DNA of 64,000 nt, from NCBI GenBank assembly GCA_035606395.1, contig DATNFK010000007.1:69751-133750 (forward strand), in the 5' to 3' direction. Both the position numbers and the translations under genes were made by a program. The stretch comes from Terriglobales bacterium. GTDB lineage: Bacteria > Acidobacteriota > Terriglobia > Terriglobales > SCQP01. The notes beneath the pieces are model-generated. The model searched no databases. It had not been told where the DNA came from and saw nothing but the letters and a program-made list of their open reading frames with translations. This document shows positions 9,984-17,506 of the stretch, in pieces; positions within the stretch are counted from its first letter, which is position 1, and each line of letters starts with the position of its first letter.

Positions 9984-9999
9984 GCGCGCCCGGGCGCGC
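9984..9999. promoter_or_regulatory. Perfect 16-bp palindrome GCGCGCCCGGGCGCGC in the divergent regulator/glgB intergenic region
   Basis: Read directly from the sequence; the stretch is its own reverse complement. The palindrome itself is certain. A regulatory role is only inferred from its position. Confidence 0.3.
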
Positions 10000-10020
10000 A
10001 GTGCTAACGTTTAAAGAGGC

Positions 10021-12006
10021 ATGCCGCGTAAACCCAACCCATCGGCGCCGGCCAAAACACCCACCCGCCGCCGGTCGTCGAAAGCGGCTGAGGCCGCGCC
10101 CCTCACCGCGCCGGCGGAGGCGATCCCGAAGCCGTTGACGGGCTGGCTCAGCGGCGATGACTATTACTGGTTCCACCAGGGGCGGCACCTGCGGCTGTAT
10201 GACAAGCTAGGGGCGCACTGCACACCGGGCGGGGTCCAATTCTCGGTGTGGGCGCCAAATGCCGAAGCGGTGAGTGTGATTGGCGACTTTAATCAATGGC
10301 AGGCGGGGTCCCACCGGCTGGCGCCGCAGGGCGACAGCGGCATCTGGGCGGGCTTGCTGCCCGAGGTGCAGGCAGGCGCGATTTACAAGTACGCCCTGCA
10401 GCCGCGTGGCAGCGCGACGATTCTGGAAAAAGGCGATCCGTTCGCGCAAGCGACTGAAGTGCCGCCGCGCACCGGCTCGGTTGTGGCCGCCCCCGAACCC
10501 TACTCATGGTCGGATCAGGAATGGATGGAGAAGCGGGCGCAGGCGCACGGGCCGAATTCGGCCGACGCGCCCATCTCCATTTACGAGCTGCATCTGGGCT
10601 CATTCATGCGCGTGCCGGAAGAAGGGAACCGCTCGCTCACCTACCGTGAATTGGCGCCGCGGCTCATCGCGCATTTGCAGCGCAGCGGGTTCACGCACGT
10701 CGAGTTTCTGCCGGTGATGGAACATCCGTTTTTTGGTTCGTGGGGCTACCAGGTCACCGGCTACTTTGCTCCCTCATCACGTTACGGCTCGGCCCACGAC
10801 CTAATGTATTTGATCGACCAGCTCCACCGGCATGGATTCGGCGTGCTGCTTGATTGGGTGCCGTCGCATTTTCCCAACGATGCCCACGGGCTGGCGGAGT
10901 TTGACGGATCGCATCTTTATGAGCACGCCGATCCGCGGCAGGGATTTCATCCCGACTGGCACTCTTGTATTTTCAACTATGGCAGGCACGAAGTGCGCAG
11001 CTTCCTGCTCAGCAACGCCATGTTCTGGCTGGATCGTTTTCACGCCGACGGACTGCGGGTGGACGCAGTGGCTTCGATGCTCTACCTGGATTACTCGCGC
11101 CAGCCGGGGGAGTGGATACCGAACCAATTCGGTGGCCGGGAGAACCTCGAGGCCATTTCGCTGCTGCGGCAGTTGAACGAAGACGTGTACGGCAACTTCC
11201 CCGGCATTCAAACGGTTGCCGAAGAGTCAACCGCCTGGCCGATGGTGTCGCGCCCCACGTACCTGGGCGGACTTGGGTTCGGGATGAAATGGGACATGGG
11301 GTGGATGCACGATACGCTGGCCTTTTTTGCCCACGACCCGATTCACCGCAAATATCACCATAGCCAACTGACGTTCCGGCAACTTTACGCCTGGCAGGAA
11401 AATTTTGTGCTGCCGCTCTCCCACGATGAAGTGGTGCACGGCAAAGCGTCGCTGCTGGCCAAAATGCCGGGTGATGAGTGGCAGCGTTTTGCCAACCTGA
11501 GACTGCTCTACGGATTGCAGTACGGGCAGAGCGGCAAGAAACTGCTCTTCATGGGCGACGAGTTCGGGCAGGGCAACGAGTGGAACCATGATTCGAGCAT
11601 TGAGTGGCACTTGTTGCAGTATCCGGTACACGCCGGCCTGCTCCAGTGGGTCAGGGACTTAAATACGGCCTACCGCAACACGCCGGCGCTGCACCAGCTC
11701 GATTTCGAGTCGCGTGGTTTTCAGTGGGTGGATTGCAATGACACGGAGCAGAGCACGCTGAGCTGGCTGCGGTGGGGGAGCGAGGGGGACTGTGTACTGA
11801 TCGTTTGCAACTTCACACCGGTGGGGCGGCTGGACTTTCAGCTTGGGGTCCCGCGCGCCGGGCACTGGCGCGAGATTCTGAACAGCGACGCCGTGGACTA
11901 CTGCGGCAGCGGCCAAGGCAACCTAGGCGGGGTGTGGAGCGACGACGGCGCCATCACCATTAATTTGCCGCCGCTAGGGTGCGTGTTCTTCCGCCATGAA
12001 CCCTAA
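10021..12006 (+). CDS. glgB: 1,4-alpha-glucan branching enzyme
   Basis: GH13 branching-enzyme motifs: GVLLDWVPSHF, GLRVDAVASMLY, AEESTAWP and LPLSHDEVVHGK. The product is 661 aa. Confidence 0.95.
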   Translation: MPRKPNPSAPAKTPTRRRSSKAAEAAPLTAPAEAIPKPLTGWLSGDDYYWFHQGRHLRLYDKLGAHCTPGGVQFSVWAPNAEAVSVIGDFNQWQAGSHRLAPQGDSGIWAGLLPEVQAGAIYKYALQPRGSATILEKGDPFAQATEVPPRTGSVVAAPEPYSWSDQEWMEKRAQAHGPNSADAPISIYELHLGSFMRVPEEGNRSLTYRELAPRLIAHLQRSGFTHVEFLPVMEHPFFGSWGYQVTGYFAPSSRYGSAHDLMYLIDQLHRHGFGVLLDWVPSHFPNDAHGLAEFDGSHLYEHADPRQGFHPDWHSCIFNYGRHEVRSFLLSNAMFWLDRFHADGLRVDAVASMLYLDYSRQPGEWIPNQFGGRENLEAISLLRQLNEDVYGNFPGIQTVAEESTAWPMVSRPTYLGGLGFGMKWDMGWMHDTLAFFAHDPIHRKYHHSQLTFRQLYAWQENFVLPLSHDEVVHGKASLLAKMPGDEWQRFANLRLLYGLQYGQSGKKLLFMGDEFGQGNEWNHDSSIEWHLLQYPVHAGLLQWVRDLNTAYRNTPALHQLDFESRGFQWVDCNDTEQSTLSWLRWGSEGDCVLIVCNFTPVGRLDFQLGVPRAGHWREILNSDAVDYCGSGQGNLGGVWSDDGAITINLPPLGCVFFRHEP

Positions 12007-13417
12007 GCCCCAGCCGGCCGAAAAGTCGGTCTGTATTCACGGCCACTTCTACCAGCCGCCGCGCGAGGATCCCTGGACCGGAGTAATTGCGGCGCAACCG
12101 AGCGCGGCGCCGTTTCACGACTGGAACGCACGGGTGGCGGCGGAGTGCTATGGCCCGAATGCCGCGGCCCGCATTCTGGACGAGGCCGGCAAACTGCTGG
12201 CAGAGCGCAATAATTTTGAGCGGATTAGTTTTGATTTTGGTCCGACGCTGCTTTCGTGGATGGAAGCCAACGCGCCCGATATTTACGGCGCCGTGCTCGC
12301 TGCCGACCGGGTGGCGCATGGAGCGGTGGCGCAAGCCTACAGCCACATGATTCTTCCGCTGGCCAACGCGCGAGACCGGCAGACGCAGGTGCATTGGGGC
12401 AGCCAGGATTTTCGCTCCAGATTTGGCAGGGAACCGGAAGGCATGTGGCTACCGGAAACGGCTGTGGATATGGCCGCGCTCGACGCGCTGGCGGCGGCGG
12501 GCATACGCTTCACCATCCTGGCGCCGAGACAGGCAAAACGCGTACGCGCGTTTGGCGGCCATCGCTGGCAGGACGTGACGGGCGCAAGAATTGACACGCG
12601 GCACGTCTACGAAGTGCGGCTGCCCTCAGAGCGCCGCATCGCCGTATTTTTTTACGACGCCGGGCTGGCACAGGCGGTGGCGTTTGAAGGGTTGCTACGG
12701 GACGGCCACCGGCTGGCGGAGCGGCTGGCCAACGGTTTTGACGAGTCGTCCGCGGGGAGCCAACTGGTGAGTGTGGCGACCGACGGCGAGAGCTATGGAC
12801 ATCACCACAAGTTCGGCGAAATGGCGCTGGCCTCGGCGTTACGCTTCCTCGAGGCGCGTGGGGACATTCACATCACCAACTATCGCGCCTTTCTGGCGAC
12901 GCATCCACCGGCGCACGAGGTCGAGATCATTGAAAATTCGTCCTGGAGTTGCGAACACGGCATCGAGCGCTGGCGCTCGGATTGCGGCTGCAACTCGGGC
13001 GGCGCGCCCAACGTGAACCAGGCATGGCGGGCGCCGATGCGGGATTCGCTCAACTGGCTGCGGGATCAAATCGCACCGGCGTATGCCGAGGCCGCCGAGC
13101 GGCTGGTGCGGGACGCCTGGGCGGCGCGCAATGACTATATTGACGTGCTGCTCGACGGGTCGCCCGCTTCGCGGGCCGCGTTTTTAAATCGCCATCAGCT
13201 TCATCCGCTAGACGTGGCGGACGCCGACCGAGTATGGCGTCTGCTCGAGCTGCAGCGCTTTGCCATGTTGATGTTTACCAGCTGCGGATGGTTCTTCGAT
13301 GAAATCACCGGAATCGAGGCGACCCAGAATCTGGCGTACGCGCAAAGAGCGATGGAGCTAGCGCAGGAAACGTTGGGGCTAAGCGTGAGTGCGGAGTTCG
13401 CGCGCCGCCTCGGCTGA
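11996..13417 (+). CDS. Glycoside hydrolase family 57 protein with the start of a DUF3536-like C-terminal region
   Basis: GH57 signature CIHGHFYQPPREDPW, then GMWLPETAV, ATDGESYGHHH and TSCGWFFDEITGIE. It overlaps the glgB 3' end by 11 nt. Confidence 0.85.
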   Translation: MNPKPQPAEKSVCIHGHFYQPPREDPWTGVIAAQPSAAPFHDWNARVAAECYGPNAAARILDEAGKLLAERNNFERISFDFGPTLLSWMEANAPDIYGAVLAADRVAHGAVAQAYSHMILPLANARDRQTQVHWGSQDFRSRFGREPEGMWLPETAVDMAALDALAAAGIRFTILAPRQAKRVRAFGGHRWQDVTGARIDTRHVYEVRLPSERRIAVFFYDAGLAQAVAFEGLLRDGHRLAERLANGFDESSAGSQLVSVATDGESYGHHHKFGEMALASALRFLEARGDIHITNYRAFLATHPPAHEVEIIENSSWSCEHGIERWRSDCGCNSGGAPNVNQAWRAPMRDSLNWLRDQIAPAYAEAAERLVRDAWAARNDYIDVLLDGSPASRAAFLNRHQLHPLDVADADRVWRLLELQRFAMLMFTSCGWFFDEITGIEATQNLAYAQRAMELAQETLGLSVSAEFARRLG

Positions 13418-14716
13418 GGCGCGGTAGGAAGCCGCCAGCACCCAACCGGCGCCAGCCATGGCGGCCGACATGAGTAACTCAGTCCACATCGGGCGTTGGG
13501 CGGGCGTTGCCCACACACGCGGCACCCAGACAAGCACTGTGAAAATTGTAATCATCAGCGCCCACAGGCGCGCGGCGAGTTGTCCGTACACGCCAGTTGC
13601 GATGGCGATGCCAGCGGCGATGTGACAAACGCCGGTGGCGTAGGTCCAAATCATAGGCGCCGGCAGCCAACCTGGAACCAGGCCGACGGTGTAGGTGGCA
13701 TAAGCGAAATGTTCCGCACCGGTAAGGATTACAAACACACCGAACAACACGCGAGGAATTACCCGGGGGCGGGGCGCGATGGGGCGCAGCAACAGCCAGG
13801 CCGCGACCAGGAGGACGAGCGGTTCGCCAAGGTTGGCCCAGGAGCCCAGCGTCAACGGGTCGGCGATTATGGCGGGAAGGCGAAGGAGCAGACACCAGCC
13901 GAGGAAATTCCAGAGCAAGACGTTCGCCGCCCAACGCTCGGCGCCGTGGGCGAAAAGGCTGGCGCTGGCGACGACCATGGCCAATCCCGAGGCAAGGGCC
14001 AGGGCCAACGTCAACTCCGGCCAGGTAGGCACCGGGCCGCCAAACCTGTTGGAGAAGAGGAGTATGACGCCCAGGCCGAACACGCCGGCCGCATATAGGG
14101 CGCTGCCGGAAAAGAGAGGGGCGTTATTGCGGCGGGGCAGAAGGCGACCGGTGGAGCGGCGGTAGTCGAGGAACTGAGGTCCGAATTGGCCGGCCAGCAG
14201 CGTGTCCTCACGCCGGGCGCGCCAAAGGAAGGCGATCCAGAGCAGGGCAGCGCCGGCGAGCGAACGCCAGAATCCGAATGCCAATGCGGCGCCGAGGGTA
14301 GCCGCCATCAGGCCGGTGTAGAGCGGGTGGCGTACGACACGGTAGGGCCCGGTGCGAACCAGTTGATGGTCGGCCTTGAGCGCCACCGTGCCGCTCCACC
14401 AGCGACCGAGCACGATGCGCGAGCCCAGCGCCATGGCGAGGCCTGCCACGGCGATGGCGGCGCCCGCAAACCCGATCGGCGCGGCGAACTCGGGGGGGAC
14501 GAAGGCTGCGTTCCAAATTGAGGCGGATGGGCTGATGTAGGCGAAGAGCAGGGCATATCCGCCCCAAATCAATAGGATGTCAAGGGTGCGCTTGGAGCGC
14601 GCCTCGCGAATCTTAATACGGCGCGCTGCGAGCGCCGCGATAATAAAATAGGCGCCCACGACCGCCCACGAAACATAAACGGCTTGTACCCAAACCGGCA
14701 GCGCTGCCTCTGTCAT
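13379..14716 (-). CDS. Membrane fusion protein: N-terminal ICMT/PEMT-family methyltransferase plus an uncharacterised C-terminal polytopic (DoxX-like?) domain
   Basis: The N-terminal ~200 aa carry LVRTGPYRVVRHPLYTGLMAATLG...REDTLLAGQFGPQFLDYRRSTGRLLP. The C-terminal ~240 aa form about 6 hydrophobic helices. Its ATG overlaps the ACAD TGA (ATGA). Confidence 0.7.
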   Translation of the reverse strand: MTEAALPVWVQAVYVSWAVVGAYFIIAALAARRIKIREARSKRTLDILLIWGGYALLFAYISPSASIWNAAFVPPEFAAPIGFAGAAIAVAGLAMALGSRIVLGRWWSGTVALKADHQLVRTGPYRVVRHPLYTGLMAATLGAALAFGFWRSLAGAALLWIAFLWRARREDTLLAGQFGPQFLDYRRSTGRLLPRRNNAPLFSGSALYAAGVFGLGVILLFSNRFGGPVPTWPELTLALALASGLAMVVASASLFAHGAERWAANVLLWNFLGWCLLLRLPAIIADPLTLGSWANLGEPLVLLVAAWLLLRPIAPRPRVIPRVLFGVFVILTGAEHFAYATYTVGLVPGWLPAPMIWTYATGVCHIAAGIAIATGVYGQLAARLWALMITIFTVLVWVPRVWATPAQRPMWTELLMSAAMAGAGWVLAASYRASAEAARELRTHA

Positions 14717-16338
14717 GCCGACAGTATACGCAACGCGATCTGGCGGCGCAGGGCGAGGGTATCTTCCGGAGGTCGCTTGAGCAGGCGGCGGAGCCAGGCG
14801 AGCTGGGTTCGGAGATCGTCACCCGTGCTGAGCCAGCAGAGCGCGCGGCGGGCGGTGAGCTCGACCTGGTCGAGGGTTTCTTCGTTGATCACGCGATTCA
14901 TGATCATTTGATCGTCGCCGGCGCCGCGCTGGGCGATGGATTGCAGGCGGTAGGTCGCGATGGAAAGATCGGCGATGGCTGCGAGGACTTCCTGCTGTTC
15001 GGCCAGCGCCGCGCCATGCTTGCGGAAAGAGATGCCGGCGACCAGCAGAGTCGTCTTGCGCGCCATTTCACTGGGCGAACTTTCAGCGGGCGGGCTCAAG
15101 AGCTCGGAGGTGACCGCTTCAATGGCGGGCAAGAGAGCCAAGGTGCCGCGCTGGGCGTTGCGGAGCAGGGTGGCGGGGATGAGCAGGCGGTTGATTTCGT
15201 TGGTGCCCTCAAAGATGCGGTTGACGCGGGCGTCGCGGTAGGCGCGTTCGGCAACATTGCCGCGAATGAAACCGTTGCCGCCATGAATTTGCACAGCGCG
15301 GTCGACGGCGCGATCGAGCATCTCGCTGGCGTCGACTTTGACGATGGCGCATTCGACCGCATCGGCGGTGGCACTGGGAGCGGCGGCGGTGCGGTAGACC
15401 ATGCTCTCGCTGGCGTACAGGCCGAGGGCGGTATCGACGATCATTTGGCGCACCAGGCCGAATTGCGCGATTTCTTTACCGAAGGCGCGCCGTTCGCGGG
15501 CGTAGGCGACAGTCTGGCGCAGTAGATTGCGGGCGCCGCCGATGCATGCGGCGCCCAGCTTGAATCGCCCCACGTTGAGGATCTGAAAGGCGATGTGCGC
15601 ACCCTCGCCCACTTGGCCGAGCAAGTTGGAAGCGGGTATGCGAGCGTCGCGCAGCAGCAGCGGACGGGTAGAGGAGCCGAGGATCCCCATTTTGTGCTCT
15701 TCGGCTCCGGTTGAGACGCCGGGCGTGGCCGCCTCCACTAGAAAGGCGGAGACGCGATCGCCGACCTTGGCGAATACGGTGAACAGGTCGGCGAAGCCGG
15801 CATTGCTGATCCACATTTTTTCGCCATTGAGAATGTAGGCGCCGCCGTCGGGCGTGGGCGCGGCTTGCGAGCGCAGCGCCAAGGCGTCGGAGCCGGAGCC
15901 GGATTCACTGAGCGCATAGGCGCCAATCCACTGCGCCGAAGCGAGGCGGGGCAGGTAGCGCCGTTTCTGGTCGTCAGTGCCGAAGTAGACGAGGGGAAGG
16001 GTCGCGATGCCAACGTGGGCGCCGAAGGCTACGGAGAAGGAGCCCTGTACCGCCATGTGATCGGCGACCAGGGCGGAGGTGGCACTGTCGAGCCCGAGGC
16101 CGCCGTACTCTTCGGGAACGTCAACGGCAGTGAGGCCGAGCTCGCCGGCGCGCTTGAGCAGGCCGCGGATGAAGGCGAAGTCCTGCGATTCGATGCGGTC
16201 GGCGGCGGGAGCGATTTCATCCTGAGCGAAACGCTCGGCGGTTTGAGCGATGAGTTGGCGCTGGCCGCTAAAGCTCTCGGGAAAGGTTTCAGCCGCGGCC
16301 GGCGGGGGCGGTGCCAGCAGGAAGTCGCCGGTGGTCAT
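14713..16338 (-). CDS. Acyl-CoA dehydrogenase (long form)
   Basis: ACAD N-terminal, middle and C-terminal domains: AYALSESGSGSDA, GEKMWISNAG and QIHGGNGFIRGNVAERAYRDARVNRIFEGTNEI. There is also a C-terminal extension. Confidence 0.9.
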   Translation of the reverse strand: MTTGDFLLAPPPPAAAETFPESFSGQRQLIAQTAERFAQDEIAPAADRIESQDFAFIRGLLKRAGELGLTAVDVPEEYGGLGLDSATSALVADHMAVQGSFSVAFGAHVGIATLPLVYFGTDDQKRRYLPRLASAQWIGAYALSESGSGSDALALRSQAAPTPDGGAYILNGEKMWISNAGFADLFTVFAKVGDRVSAFLVEAATPGVSTGAEEHKMGILGSSTRPLLLRDARIPASNLLGQVGEGAHIAFQILNVGRFKLGAACIGGARNLLRQTVAYARERRAFGKEIAQFGLVRQMIVDTALGLYASESMVYRTAAAPSATADAVECAIVKVDASEMLDRAVDRAVQIHGGNGFIRGNVAERAYRDARVNRIFEGTNEINRLLIPATLLRNAQRGTLALLPAIEAVTSELLSPPAESSPSEMARKTTLLVAGISFRKHGAALAEQQEVLAAIADLSIATYRLQSIAQRGAGDDQMIMNRVINEETLDQVELTARRALCWLSTGDDLRTQLAWLRRLLKRPPEDTLALRRQIALRILSA

Positions 16339-17498
16339 GCCAGGTTCTCGATGACGGCGGCGACGCCCTGGCCGCCGCCGACGCAGAGCGTGATCATGCC
16401 CCAGCGAGCTTTGCGCCGCCGCAATTCGGCGAGCAGACTGGCCATTAGCTTGGCGCCGGTGCAGCCCAGCGGATGACCCAGAGCAATGGCGCCGCCATTG
16501 ACGTTGACGCGAGCCGGGTCGAGCGAGGCAGCGGCGATCACGGCCAGTGACTGGGCCGCGAATGCTTCATTGAGTTCGATGACGGCGAGGTCGCCGAGTT
16601 GGACGCCGGCGCGTTGCAGGGCGCGTGGGATGGCGGCCACCGGGCCCATACCCATTAAACCGGGCTCGACGCCGGCGGTGGCGTAGCCGGCGATGCGCGC
16701 CAGGGGGCGGAGGCCATGGGTGGTGAGAAAGCTTTCGCTGACGAGGAGCGAGGCGGCGGCGCCATCGCTGGTTTGGGAAGAGTTGCCGGCGGTCACGACA
16801 CCATGGGCATGAAAGGCGGCGCACAGGGCAGCCAGCGCTTCGAGCGAAGTCTCACGGCGGGGGCCGTCGTCGGCGGTGATGCGAACCGGCTGCCATCCGG
16901 CGCCGTCGGGAAGGCGCGTCTCGACGGGGACGATTTCATCATTAAAGAGTCCGGCTTGCTGCGCCGCGATGGCCTTATGGTGGCTGGCCAGCGAGTAGGC
17001 ATCGGCGGCCTCGCGGGTGATTTGGAATTTGGCCGCCACACGTTCTGCCGTAAGGCCCATGCTCAGATAACTGTCGGGGCGATGTTCCATCAGCCAGGGA
17101 TTGACGCTGGGCTTGTTGCCGACGATGGGGACCATGCTCATACTTTCGGCGCCTCCCGCCAGGATGACATCGGCTCCGGAGGAGATGCGCTCGCTGGCCA
17201 TGACGATAGCTTCGAGGCCGGAGGCGCAAAAGCGGTTCACGGTGACGGCCGAGGCCTCGACCGGAATCCCGGCGCGCAGCGCGGCCATGCGCGCCACATT
17301 GAGGCCCTGCTCGGCTTCGGGCATGGCGCAGCCGAGGATCACGTCCTCGACGGCGGAGGCTTCGACGCCGGCGCGCTCGAGCGCGGCGCTGAGGGCAAAG
17401 GCGCCGAGATCGTCGGGCCGGGTGGCGCGGAGCCCGCCCTTGCCGGCGCGCGTCACCGGTGTGCGAACCGAGGCAACGATGTAGCCAGCGGCAGCCAT
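16335..17498 (-). CDS. Acetyl-CoA C-acyltransferase (thiolase)
   Basis: Active-site Cys NRFCASGLEA, then GNSSQTSDGAAA and C-terminal CVGGGQGVA. Its TGA overlaps the ACAD ATG (ATGA). Confidence 0.92.
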   Translation of the reverse strand: MAAAGYIVASVRTPVTRAGKGGLRATRPDDLGAFALSAALERAGVEASAVEDVILGCAMPEAEQGLNVARMAALRAGIPVEASAVTVNRFCASGLEAIVMASERISSGADVILAGGAESMSMVPIVGNKPSVNPWLMEHRPDSYLSMGLTAERVAAKFQITREAADAYSLASHHKAIAAQQAGLFNDEIVPVETRLPDGAGWQPVRITADDGPRRETSLEALAALCAAFHAHGVVTAGNSSQTSDGAAASLLVSESFLTTHGLRPLARIAGYATAGVEPGLMGMGPVAAIPRALQRAGVQLGDLAVIELNEAFAAQSLAVIAAASLDPARVNVNGGAIALGHPLGCTGAKLMASLLAELRRRKARWGMITLCVGGGQGVAAVIENLA

Positions 17499-17506
17499 GC
17501 CTAATT

